Below are positions 1-8,395 of a DNA stretch of 21,530 bases, piece after piece. The stretch is from Candidatus Undinarchaeales archaeon (GTDB lineage: Archaea > SpSt-1190 > JASMDC01). A model generated the notes under the pieces. The model was not told where the DNA came from. It worked only from the letters and a program-made list of their open reading frames with translations, and did no database searches. The position numbers and the translations under genes are program-made. Position 1 is the stretch's first letter, and each line of letters starts with the position of its first letter. The DNA lies in the NCBI GenBank assembly GCA_030753015.1, contig JASMDC010000052.1, forward strand, positions 1-21,530, in the 5' to 3' direction.

Positions 1-69
1 TATGCCCGGGCAGGGGCGGGAGCGTAGTGATGGGGTAGGGAGAGGGGGCAAACGTCGAGGTTATGCAAC

Positions 70-83
70 AAAGCAGTTATAAA
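70..83 (+). promoter_or_regulatory. Archaeal BRE/TATA promoter of the repeat-protein gene
   Basis: AAAGCAG then TTATAAA (77-83), about 20-30 nt before the ATGs at 102/114; implies a leaderless or near-leaderless mRNA. Confidence 0.6.
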
Positions 84-101
84 CACTAGTTGTTTCACCG
101 A

Positions 102-1556
102 ATGTCCCAGCAAATGCCCCGATATACTGAGAATGAACTGCTTGATGCGCTTCGTCGCGTCGCTGAGCTGCTCGGTAGGGCGCCTAAGGTGGAGGACCTG
201 CAGAGTAAGAAAGGTCTCCCCCACTCAGCGACCTATCGGTTGCGCTTCGGCTCGTGGAAAAAGGCGCTATCGAGGGCCGGACTTCTTGGGGAAGGAAAGA
301 AGAGTCAGGAGTATAACGACGACGAGCTCCTCACTCATCTCAAGCGTGCCGCCACGATCCTCGGCAGGGCACCGAAGTCGGACGAGCTGCTGACCGTCGA
401 GGGCTTCCCGAACGCACTGACATATCAGAATCGGTTCGGCTCCTGGAACAAAGCGCTCGGGCAGGCCGGTCTCGGTAGACGTGGGCGGAAGCCAAAGTAC
501 ACCGATGATGGGCTTCTCGACATCCTCCGACGGGTGGGTAAAGAGCTGGGTCGCGCCCCGACCACCACCGAGCTCGGGGAAAGGGATGACAGCCCCTCAC
601 CCGCCACGTTCATCAATCGTTTTGGTTCATGGAAGGAGGCGCTCGGACGAGCAGCGCTCCAACCCGGTAAGCGTGGTAGAAGACGGTACACCGACGACGA
701 TCTTCTCAAGCTGCTCAAAGAAGCGGCGGAACGCCTGGGCAGGGCCCCGAAGTCCAGCGAGGCCGCAGGGATCAAGGGACTTCCCTCACCCCTCACCTAC
801 CAGAAGCGGTTCGGCTCATGGAAAGATTCGCTACGCAAGGCCGGCCTCACGTCGACCCGGAGGGCTCGCTATTCCGATAAGGAGCTGCTCGAAGCGCTCC
901 ATCGGGCTGCAGAACAGCTCGGCCGCACTCCCCGGATCGAGGACATGGTCGGGATGAAGGACTTCCCCCATCCAGCGACCTACCGATTGCGGTTCGGTTC
1001 ATGGCGCAACGCACTGAAAAAGGCCGGGCTCCAGCGATCGCGTAAAGATCTGCCTTCCGACGATGAGTTCATCAAAGGACTGGTCCGTCTCGCCAAGGAC
1101 CTTGGAAGGACACCTGGTGTAGAGGACGTACGTGGAGCGAAGGGTATTCCAAGGTACGAGGACTACATCGAACGCTTCGGTACATGGCAGAACGCCCAGT
1201 TCGCAGCGGGCCTCATCGAGGAGAAACAAGGGATGACGCTCCTCACACCAGAACAGCAGCGTGTCATCACCGCTCTAGATGAAGGACCGAAAGAGCTGGA
1301 CGCCATCTGTCGTGACGTCCGTCTGGAGAAGGCCGACGCGAAGAAGGCCATCAAAGCGCTGCTTAAACGCAGCATCCTTGAAAAGGTCAGTCCTAGCAAG
1401 GGATCTCGCATCTCACGATACACGACGGTCGACGAGCGCCTTAACGAGGTCCTCGACCGTGAGGCCAAGGTGCTCAAGAAGAGCCCTGTAAAGGATGATG
1501 ATAGCTCTGCACCGAAGAACCATCTAGAGCGCCTTTTGGACAAGCGTAGGGGCTGA
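102..1556 (+). CDS. Homing-endonuclease-associated repeat protein (6 repeats) with C-terminal winged helix
   Basis: Six ~62-aa repeats Y(T/S)xxELLxxLxxxxxxLGRxP...PxxxTYxxRFGSWxxALxxAGL; then LTPEQQRVITALDEGPKELDAICRDVRLEKADAKKAIKALLKRSILEKV (wHTH-like). No HNH/GIY-YIG motif seen. Start moved from TTG 90 to ATG 102 (114 is the alternative) because of TATA position. Confidence 0.85.
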   Translation: MSQQMPRYTENELLDALRRVAELLGRAPKVEDLQSKKGLPHSATYRLRFGSWKKALSRAGLLGEGKKSQEYNDDELLTHLKRAATILGRAPKSDELLTVEGFPNALTYQNRFGSWNKALGQAGLGRRGRKPKYTDDGLLDILRRVGKELGRAPTTTELGERDDSPSPATFINRFGSWKEALGRAALQPGKRGRRRYTDDDLLKLLKEAAERLGRAPKSSEAAGIKGLPSPLTYQKRFGSWKDSLRKAGLTSTRRARYSDKELLEALHRAAEQLGRTPRIEDMVGMKDFPHPATYRLRFGSWRNALKKAGLQRSRKDLPSDDEFIKGLVRLAKDLGRTPGVEDVRGAKGIPRYEDYIERFGTWQNAQFAAGLIEEKQGMTLLTPEQQRVITALDEGPKELDAICRDVRLEKADAKKAIKALLKRSILEKVSPSKGSRISRYTTVDERLNEVLDREAKVLKKSPVKDDDSSAPKNHLERLLDKRRG

Positions 1557-1604
1557 TACGTACCCCGGATCATCGCTCCTAATCCTCTTTGAGTTGAGAT
1601 AGCT

Positions 1605-1628
1605 CCAGGAACGGAATCTTGTTCCTGG
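1605..1628. repeat. Inverted repeat CCAGGAAC-N8-GTTCCTGG
   Basis: Perfect 8-bp arms 48 nt after the upstream stop codon; terminator hairpin or operator. Confidence 0.45.
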
Positions 1629-1911
1629 TCTTACTGTTAGAAAAGAATGGAAACGCTAGACTGGAAGGCAACGGCTCGTTTACTGTGTGGGTACACCAGA
1701 GGATCAGTGCCCGGGCACGTGAGCGTCGATAACGTGCTGCTGAGGGCTGCCAAGGACCCCGTCCCAAAGCAATAGGATTATATCTCTGTTGCATGAATCG
1801 CTCGCATAGCGACGGTAGGTTCGTGAGGACGGCCGGGGATCGGCCGGACCCGGAGCTGCACGCCAGACACCATAAGTTCACACGAGCAACAAGTATACAA
1901 GGTGATACACC

Positions 1912-3579
1912 ATGACTCAACAACCTATGCAGGTCATGCTCCTCCCCGAGGGAGCACTGAGGACCAAGGGACGCGACGCTCAGCGGATGAACATCCTCGC
2001 CGCGCGCACCGTGGCGGAGGTCGTGCGCACCACGCTCGGCCCCAAGGGCATGGACAAGATGCTCGTGGACACCCTCGGCGATGTGATCGTCACCAACGAC
2101 GGTGTGACCATCCTGGGCGAGATGGAGATCGAGCACCCCACCGCCAAGATGATGATCGAGGTCGCCAAGGTGCAGGGCGAGGAGATCGGCGACGGTACCA
2201 CCACCGCTGTTATGGTGGCCGGCGAGCTCCTCAAGAACGCCGAGGGGCTCCTCGACCAGCACATCCACCCCACCATCATCGTCAAGGGGTACCGCCTTGC
2301 CGCGTCCAAGTCGCAAGAGATCCTCGAAAAGATCTCCAAGAAGGTCACCACCAAGGACAGGACAGTCCTGCTCAATGTGGCCAAGACCGCTATGACCGGC
2401 AAGAACGCCGAGGGCGGTAAGGAATTCCTTGCCGAGCTCGTCGTAAAATCCGTGCTCCAGGTCGTGGAGAAGGACGGCAAGAACGTCACCGTCGACAAGG
2501 ACAACGTCAAGATCGATAAGAAGCAGGGCGGGTCCCTTGATGACACCGAGCTCATCGAGGGCATTATCATAGACAAGGAGCGCGTGCACTCCGGCATGCC
2601 CCGGAGCATTAAGAAGTCCAAGATCGCCCTCATCAACTCGGCCATCGAGATCAAGAAGACCGAGACCGATGCCAAGATCAACATCAACGATCCCAACCAG
2701 CTGGACGCCTTCCTCCTCCAGGAGGAGAAGATCCTCAAGGGAATGGTCGGCAAGATCAAGAAGGTCGGAGCAAACGTCCTCATGTGCCAGAAGGGCATCG
2801 ACGACCTCGCCCAGCACTACCTTGCCAAGGAGGGCATCTTCGCCGTCCGCCGGGTCAAGAAGTCCGACATGGACAAGCTGGCCAAGGCCACCGGCGCTCG
2901 CTTGGTGACCAACCTCGACGATCTCGATAAGAAGGACCTGGGTCACTCCGACCTCGTCGAGCAGCAGAAGATCGCCGGGGACGACATGACCTTCGTCCGT
3001 GGGTGCAAGGGCGCCAAGGCAGTCACCCTCCTCGTGCGGGGCGGCACCGAGCACGTGGTCAACGAGCTCAAACGCGCTGTCGAGGACGCCCTCGACGACG
3101 TCATCGCCACCATCAAGGACGGCAAGGTCGTGGGTGGCGGCGGTGCCGTCGAGGTGGAGATCGCCAGGGCCCTGCGCAACTTCGCCGATACCATCGGCGG
3201 GAAGGAGCAGCTGGCCATCAACGCCTTCGCTGACGCCATAGAGGTGTGCCCCAGGGCGCTTGCCGAGAACGCGGGAATCGACTCCATCGACAATCTTGTG
3301 GCACTACGTGCGGCCCACGAAAAGGGCGGCAAGTGGTATGGCCTCGAGATCCTCCAGGGCAAGGTCATGGACATGTACGAGGCTGGCGTCATCGAGCCCA
3401 CGCTTCTCAAGTCCCAGGCCATCAAGTGCGCCTCGGAGGTCGCCGAAATGATCCTGCGCATCGACGACATTGTGAACGCCAAGGAGCTCTCCAAAGGAGG
3501 GGGCGGCGGCATGCCCGGCGGTATGCCTCCAGGTATGGGCGGTATGCCTCCGGGTATGGGGGGCATGGGAGGCTTCTAG
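1912..3579 (+). CDS. ths: Thermosome (group II chaperonin) subunit
   Basis: [29 protein letters not shown]-binding motif, ILRIDD, Gly/Met-rich tail; GGTGA RBS at 1901-1905. Alpha versus beta subunit not assignable. Confidence 0.98.
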   Translation: MTQQPMQVMLLPEGALRTKGRDAQRMNILAARTVAEVVRTTLGPKGMDKMLVDTLGDVIVTNDGVTILGEMEIEHPTAKMMIEVAKVQGEEIGDGTTTAVMVAGELLKNAEGLLDQHIHPTIIVKGYRLAASKSQEILEKISKKVTTKDRTVLLNVAKTAMTGKNAEGGKEFLAELVVKSVLQVVEKDGKNVTVDKDNVKIDKKQGGSLDDTELIEGIIIDKERVHSGMPRSIKKSKIALINSAIEIKKTETDAKININDPNQLDAFLLQEEKILKGMVGKIKKVGANVLMCQKGIDDLAQHYLAKEGIFAVRRVKKSDMDKLAKATGARLVTNLDDLDKKDLGHSDLVEQQKIAGDDMTFVRGCKGAKAVTLLVRGGTEHVVNELKRAVEDALDDVIATIKDGKVVGGGGAVEVEIARALRNFADTIGGKEQLAINAFADAIEVCPRALAENAGIDSIDNLVALRAAHEKGGKWYGLEILQGKVMDMYEAGVIEPTLLKSQAIKCASEVAEMILRIDDIVNAKELSKGGGGGMPGGMPPGMGGMPPGMGGMGGF

Positions 3580-3581
3580 TA

Positions 3582-3831
3582 CTCCTACCTTTCATTCCCT
3601 TGATCCCAGAGAAATATCCCACCCTTCACGATAGGTCGGCGGCGTTAGACAGGGGATTTGGGGGAGAGATAAGCTATATCTCCCCCATTTCTTTCAGCTT
3701 CTCAAGCTCCTACCTTTCATTCCCTTGATTCCAGAGAAAGATCGCACTCTTCAGGATAGGTCGGCGATGTTAGACAGGGGATTTGGAGGAGAGTTGAGCT
3801 ATATCTCCCCTACTTCCTTCAGCTTCTCGAG
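3582..3831. repeat. Tandem direct repeat, 2 x 125 bp (3582-3706, 3707-3831)
   Basis: Ungapped alignment with 14 mismatches by hand count (~89% identity); copy 2 contains the last 10 codons and stop of tbp. Confidence 0.95.
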
Positions 3832-4344
3832 CACCTGCCCGAACACCTCACGCGCCTCTTCCAGGGCCCTTACGCCCGCCACCACGAAGTTGCCCGTGCT
3901 GAAGATCAGGACCGCCGCCTTGGGCCTCACCGTCCGGTAGACCATCCCCGGGAACTGCTCTGGCTCGTACTCCATACCTTCCAATCGGTAGGCGAGCCTA
4001 TCCAGGTTGAGCTCAAGGTCGGTCTTCACGGACGTCACCAGGTTCACCACCTTTACGTCGGGCTCACCCTGGAACTCCACGCCGAAATCCGCAAGCGTCT
4101 CCTTCACCTTCTTTACCGACGCTTCAACGACATCGATGCTGTTCCCTCCCGTACACACCATCTTTCCCGTGCCGAAAAGCAGGTTCACCGACTTCGGTTT
4201 TATCAGGCGCAAAACAAGACCAGGGAAGCTCTCGGGATTGAACTCCGCGTTGTCGAGCCCTGCTGCCACCCTCTCAAGGGGGATCTTACAGTGGAGGTCG
4301 ACGGACGCGACGATGTTCTGCACGGTCATCTCGATCTTTGTCAT
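3799..4344 (-). CDS. tbp: TATA-box binding protein
   Basis: Two TBP repeats: QNIVAS...FNPESFPGL...LLFGTGKMVCTG and VNLVTS...YEPEQFPGM...LIFSTGNFVVAG. Start placed at ATG 4344 (MTKIEM, 181 aa). Confidence 0.95.
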   Translation of the reverse strand: MTKIEMTVQNIVASVDLHCKIPLERVAAGLDNAEFNPESFPGLVLRLIKPKSVNLLFGTGKMVCTGGNSIDVVEASVKKVKETLADFGVEFQGEPDVKVVNLVTSVKTDLELNLDRLAYRLEGMEYEPEQFPGMVYRTVRPKAAVLIFSTGNFVVAGVRALEEAREVFGQVLEKLKEVGEI

Positions 4345-4400
4345 TTTCTTCGCCGTTGTATCAGGATTTGAGATGAGAGGCAGATGCAAACTTCAAAAGC

Positions 4401-5438
4401 TTACCTGTTCCTGACGGGTTTCTCGAGCGACTCCACGATGAAGCCCGATTCCATCCCGTCACCGTTCGGGAGCGTTCGGGGGGGAACCGATGTCCTCTTG
4501 GCCCGTGCCAGGATTCTACCCTTACGGGTGCACCGTTCACCGGCCGGTTCCACTCCGAGGAACTCCCTGAGCTCGTGGTAGCGGACACGCAGGGTGATCT
4601 CCGTGATACCGGCCACGAAGGCCGCATACTTCTGGGTGAATCCCCTCCCGTTATTTCTCGCTGCGAGGTAGAGCGACGCCAGAGCGATGCCCTTCGGATC
4701 CTTACCATTCGTGATGTCGGTATTCTCGACCGCACGAACGATGCGCAAGGACTCCATCTCCACCTCTCGGGGGAGCTCCAGGTCCGATGCGAACTTGGGT
4801 ATGAAGTCCTCGGGGCTCGCCGGCGCGATCCTGATGCCGAGCGCGCGGGATACGAGGCGGTGGGCCTTGCCGATGTCCCTTTTGGGTCTACGGAACACCA
4901 GGGAGAGGTCCTTGAGGGTCACAGGGCACCCGTTCTGCTTACACACGGCATAGAGTACCCCTGCGAGAACGCACTCAGACGAGCGTCCGCGGATGCGGGA
5001 CTTCCTGAGGAACTGGCGGTAGAGGTAGGCTGTCTGTTCCTCCACGATACGGGGGAGGTTGAGGAAAGAGACCGCGCGGGTGAGCTCGGTGAGACCGTCC
5101 CTGAGGGCGATGTCCTTGGAGGGAGTGGCGAAACGGCTTTGCCACTTGCTGAGGCGCTTGTACTGATGCCTCATCTGGCCGCGGGGGAGTTTATTGAGAT
5201 CAGCCGAGGTCCCGATCTTCGTTGACAGCCCTCCATCATGCTTCGTCAAGGACAATGGAGCGCCGACACGCTCCTTGTCGTTGCTGGAGTCGTCACCGAA
5301 CGAGCGCCATTCCCTGCCTGTGTCCACCATGGACTCGCTGATGACGAGGCCGCACGTGGAGCAGACGAGCTCGGCACGGATTGAATCGTTCTGCAAATCG
5401 TTCGATCCGCATTCAGGACAGTCAGTGATAAAATCCAT
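4401..5438 (-). CDS. tfb: Transcription initiation factor IIB (TFB)
   Basis: Zn ribbon CPECGS...CSTCG, B-reader REWRSF, ERVGAP, two cyclin repeats ending GITEITLRVRYHEL; ~50-aa extra C-terminal tail. Confidence 0.96.
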   Translation of the reverse strand: MDFITDCPECGSNDLQNDSIRAELVCSTCGLVISESMVDTGREWRSFGDDSSNDKERVGAPLSLTKHDGGLSTKIGTSADLNKLPRGQMRHQYKRLSKWQSRFATPSKDIALRDGLTELTRAVSFLNLPRIVEEQTAYLYRQFLRKSRIRGRSSECVLAGVLYAVCKQNGCPVTLKDLSLVFRRPKRDIGKAHRLVSRALGIRIAPASPEDFIPKFASDLELPREVEMESLRIVRAVENTDITNGKDPKGIALASLYLAARNNGRGFTQKYAAFVAGITEITLRVRYHELREFLGVEPAGERCTRKGRILARAKRTSVPPRTLPNGDGMESGFIVESLEKPVRNR

Positions 5439-5464
5439 TCAGGGTCTTGGACGATCTCCCGGCC

Positions 5465-5479
5465 TTATATACGTTTTCA
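5465..5479 (-). promoter_or_regulatory. BRE/TATA promoter of tfb
   Basis: Minus strand reads TGAAAACG-TATATAA, ending about 27 nt before ATG 5438 (leaderless spacing). Confidence 0.7.
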
Positions 5480-5606
5480 TTCTGTCACGATAATTCTACC
5501 GATATGGACCGGTACTATGGCCTCCGTGACGGAGAGACTAGGGGGCGCCCGTTCAAGGCGGGCGCCTGTATCGTCCCAGCTATACAAATTGTACGCGTAA
5601 ATAAAA

Positions 5607-5626
5607 AGCGCCGGGAACGGGATTTG
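5607..5626 (-). repeat. Duplicated tRNA-Ser 3' end (att-like site)
   Basis: AGCGCCGGGAACGGGATTTG is identical to 7259-7278 (half of the T-loop through the discriminator plus 2 nt). Confidence 0.9.
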
Positions 5627-5700
5627 GGATCGGGATTTACCAATAAAAAACGAAAAAACGCTAGATGAAACGGTAAAAACCAAATTGTATAAACCTGAAG

Positions 5701-5725
5701 AGAACATATTTATAGTATTTGTTCT
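5701..5725 (+). promoter_or_regulatory. TATA box within an AGAACA-N13-TGTTCT inverted repeat
   Basis: TTTATAG at 5709-5715, about 23 nt before ATG 5738. Confidence 0.5.
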
Positions 5726-5737
5726 ATTATAGTTAGT

Positions 5738-7060
5738 ATGTTAGCTTCACTCAATGATTGGAATCCTTGGTGGAGTGATAGGGATGCCATACGGGTTCTG
5801 ATGGGCAAGGAAGCTGAGGTGCTTCACGAGCTTGTCCGATTCCTCGAGGTCCGGGAGATCAAGGTTCTTACAGGGGTGAGAAGAAGCGGCAAGTCGACCC
5901 TTTTCTATCAACTTATAGATCACCTCATCAAGACAGGCGTTCCCCCAGAGAATATTCTACTCATCAACTTCGACGATGATGTTCTAAGTAAGGCCACGCT
6001 CCGGGAGCTCTTCGATACCTATCAAGCGAATATCTTCTGCGGAAAAGGTACCTATTTCTTCATAGATGAAGCCCACCGTTGTCGCGAATGGGCTCTCTTC
6101 GTTCGAAAGCTGTATGAGACCAAGCAGGTGAAACAGGTATTCATAACTGATTCCTCATCATCGTTCATCCCGAAGGAATATGCTCAAGTGTTCACGGGAA
6201 GGAACGTGAAGTACGTACACCACCCCCTCAGCTTCCGGGCCTATGTGGAATGGAACGGTGCGCCCAAGAATCCCGATATTATGTCGAGCTTCGAGGAGAA
6301 CAGACTACAAGGCCTCCTCAAGGACTATATGGAATACGGGGGTTTTCCCGAGGTCTTCTTCAAGGAACCGAGCTGGAAGAAGATCATACTCAAGGAGTAC
6401 TTCGATGACATCCTCTACAAGGACATCATAGATCGATTTGGGATCGACCTTAACAAGGCTCGGGATTTTGCATTGTTCCTGATGTCGAATAATACAAACC
6501 CCTTCAGCGTGAGGCGGTACTCGCGCGAACACGGACTGTCCCTGCAGTCGGTAGAGAAATACCTCGCCCTGTTCGAAGAAGTGTTCCTGTTCTTTCCCGT
6601 TCCACGGTTCGACTACTCCCTTAGATCACAGCAGCTCAGCCAGAAGAAGGTGTATGCGATCGATCACGGTCTCGCCAACGTTTCAGGATTCCGCTTCAGC
6701 GAGAACAAGGGGAAGGTCGCTGAGAACATCGTCTTCATCGAGTTGATGAGGCGTCTGTCGAGCCTCGAGAAGGTCTTCTATTGGCAGGATCCGAAGCGAC
6801 AGCATGAGATCGACTTCCTCGTTCAGCAGGGCCTTAGACCAGCAGAGCTCATCCAGGTCTGCTGGGATCCCTCCGAACCTTCGACTAGAGTCCGGGAGAC
6901 AGAAGCGCTGTCCTTGGGCCTGGAGACGTTCGACCTCAAGGAAGGTGTCGTGATCACACAGAAGTACGAGGGTGAAGAGGCCATTGATGGCAGGAAGATC
7001 AGATACGTCCCGCTGTGGAAGTGGTTGCTCTCGACAAAGCAAAGTGCATCCGAGGAATGA
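5738..7060 (+). CDS. AAA-family ATPase (AAA_14 + DUF4143, COG1373-like)
   Basis: N-terminal WNPWW, Walker A GVRRSGKST, Walker B FFIDEAH, YGGFPEV, KKVYAIDHGL, C-terminal EIDFLV...LIQVC (PD-(D/E)xK-like). Confidence 0.92.
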   Translation: MLASLNDWNPWWSDRDAIRVLMGKEAEVLHELVRFLEVREIKVLTGVRRSGKSTLFYQLIDHLIKTGVPPENILLINFDDDVLSKATLRELFDTYQANIFCGKGTYFFIDEAHRCREWALFVRKLYETKQVKQVFITDSSSSFIPKEYAQVFTGRNVKYVHHPLSFRAYVEWNGAPKNPDIMSSFEENRLQGLLKDYMEYGGFPEVFFKEPSWKKIILKEYFDDILYKDIIDRFGIDLNKARDFALFLMSNNTNPFSVRRYSREHGLSLQSVEKYLALFEEVFLFFPVPRFDYSLRSQQLSQKKVYAIDHGLANVSGFRFSENKGKVAENIVFIELMRRLSSLEKVFYWQDPKRQHEIDFLVQQGLRPAELIQVCWDPSEPSTRVRETEALSLGLETFDLKEGVVITQKYEGEEAIDGRKIRYVPLWKWLLSTKQSASEE

Positions 7061-7179
7061 CACGACCCCTTTTTCGTCAAGTAAAGAGCTACGGGATCGG
7101 TGGTCAGGATCCACCGGCAATAATACGGTCGACATCCCCCCAGTAAGCCGTTTCTTCATAATCTGTGCAGGCATACCTA

Positions 7180-7211
7180 TGGAATCGTCAACCTAGCGCT
7201 TGACGATTCCA
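7180..7211. repeat. Perfect 12-bp inverted repeat with 8-nt spacer
   Basis: TGGAATCGTCAA-CCTAGCGC-TTGACGATTCCA between the convergent ATPase and tRNA-Ser genes. Confidence 0.85.
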
Positions 7212-7260
7212 CCAAGAGGTGCTGTGTCGCACGACCCCTCCCTGTCTTGATAATAATGAG

Positions 7261-7344
7261 CGCCGGGAACGGGATTTGAACCCGTGTGGGGTCTCCCCCA
7301 CAAGCTTAGCAGGCTTGCGCCATACCAGACTTGGCTATCCCGGC
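7261..7344 (-). tRNA. tRNA-Ser(GCT)
   Basis: Acceptor GCCGGGA/TCCCGGC with discriminator G; anticodon arm CAAGC-CTGCTAA-GCTTG; long variable arm TGGGG-GAGA-CCCCA; TTCAAAT T-loop; upstream AAAAGG-TTTTAAA promoter near 7378-7390; CCA not encoded. Confidence 0.97.
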
Positions 7345-7443
7345 ATAAGAGGGACTGACCGCCAATCCCTCTCGCTCTTTAAAACCTTTTCTCTGGCTCT
7401 CGAGGTCCGCCAGGGATCGCTCTTTCTACAGTCGAAAGATGTC

Positions 7444-8295
7444 TTAATGCACCTTCATGGACCACTTGTCCCCGATGAGCGCTTTGCGTTCGGTGAACTC
7501 TGCAACCATGTCGTTGACCTCCTGCCTGGAAAGCGATGAGCCATCCTCGTTCTGTCTGGTCAGGTGGAGCTCTTCCTTGGAGAACTGACCGGGCTGATCG
7601 AAGTACGAGAGCAGGACGGACGTCTGTGGAGCATTTTCATTGTCAACGCTAGACATCAGGACCGAGTCCATCTCCGTCCTCCGTCCCTTGAGCTCCCGGA
7701 CCGTCGCCTCATAGAGGATCCCTATCTGGTCTGCCGTGACGTTCGAATCAAGAGTGTACGTACCGTCGGAGATGTCCGCCATATCGAAGTCGATCCCTGC
7801 TTCCTCGAATGACTTGGCCATCACGTCCTTCATTATACTGAAAGCGCGCTGGTCCTCTGCCTTGATACCGACCTTTGGTGCATTTGAATAGAACCAGTCC
7901 TTCACCCGTGACATGGTACCGGTCTTCTCTCCGAACACACGCAGGGTGAGCGAGTCGCCCTTCCGCTCGATCTTATAGAGGCTGCTCGCGTAGTCGTCGC
8001 CGTGCACCTCCATCTTGAGCGAGAAGTTCCCATCGGACCCGTACAACTCCATAAGCTGATCGGTGTCCTTGGCCTCCCCTACACGACCATTGATTCCTAG
8101 CCTGTGCATCGAAGGGTCCGCTGTAGCACCATCGAGGTACGACAGGTTCGCCCATGCAGAGATCCCTCCGCTCAATGAATACCCGCTCTGCTCGAAACTG
8201 ACCGTATGATGACCGAGCTTCTCTGCGGGCAAGGTGCTCTCCAAATAGGCAGCAGCCCCGCCGATCTGCTCGTATAATCCTCCTTCAATGACCAT
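7444..8295 (-). CDS. Hypothetical protein (283 aa, soluble, acidic)
   Basis: Long ORF; AGGTGA RBS near 8303-8308 supports ATG 8295; TTTATTAA TATA at 8336-8343. No recognised motif. Confidence 0.75.
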   Translation of the reverse strand: MVIEGGLYEQIGGAAAYLESTLPAEKLGHHTVSFEQSGYSLSGGISAWANLSYLDGATADPSMHRLGINGRVGEAKDTDQLMELYGSDGNFSLKMEVHGDDYASSLYKIERKGDSLTLRVFGEKTGTMSRVKDWFYSNAPKVGIKAEDQRAFSIMKDVMAKSFEEAGIDFDMADISDGTYTLDSNVTADQIGILYEATVRELKGRRTEMDSVLMSSVDNENAPQTSVLLSYFDQPGQFSKEELHLTRQNEDGSSLSRQEVNDMVAEFTERKALIGDKWSMKVH

Positions 8296-8395
8296 ATCGT
8301 TATCACCTAACAGTGGTGACGGCCACCACCTGCTGTTAATAAACATTCCCTTTTATTTCGCACTCCGCTTCAGAACGACTCCCGGATGTTGTGGA

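Larger units (their letters stand above)
5607..7278. mobile_element. Small genomic islet integrated at tRNA-Ser 3' end, no integrase
   Basis: 20-bp direct repeat of the tRNA 3' end bounds a single ATPase gene. Confidence 0.65.

Noticed and set aside
8-48. G-tract cluster (possible G-quadruplex) at the window start
   Set aside because: Truncated context and GC-rich intergenic background; cannot be supported.
63-1794. ATGCAACA(A/G)AG in inverted orientation at 63-73 and 1784-1794 flanking the repeat-protein gene
   Set aside because: A 10/11 match between two intergenic regions is plausible by chance; no transposase or target duplication.
1557-1911. CIRCE or Phr/HSR1-type heat-shock operator upstream of the thermosome gene
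   Set aside because: No match seen; only short GC hairpins (1798-1812, 1831-1845) of uncertain meaning.
1579-3054. 491-aa minus-strand ORF and other long antisense or alternate-frame ORFs (e.g. 1980-2798, 4575-5225, 17135-18181, 17631-18614)
   Set aside because: Shadows of GC-rich, codon-biased real genes on the other strand or frame; no motifs of their own.
3500-3576. GGCGGTATGCCTCC repeats at the end of the thermosome gene
   Set aside because: They encode the ordinary Gly/Met/Pro chaperonin tail.
3582-3831. 125-bp repeat as a CRISPR array or small ORFs
   Set aside because: Only two abutting units, no spacers, far longer than CRISPR repeats, and the period is not a multiple of 3.
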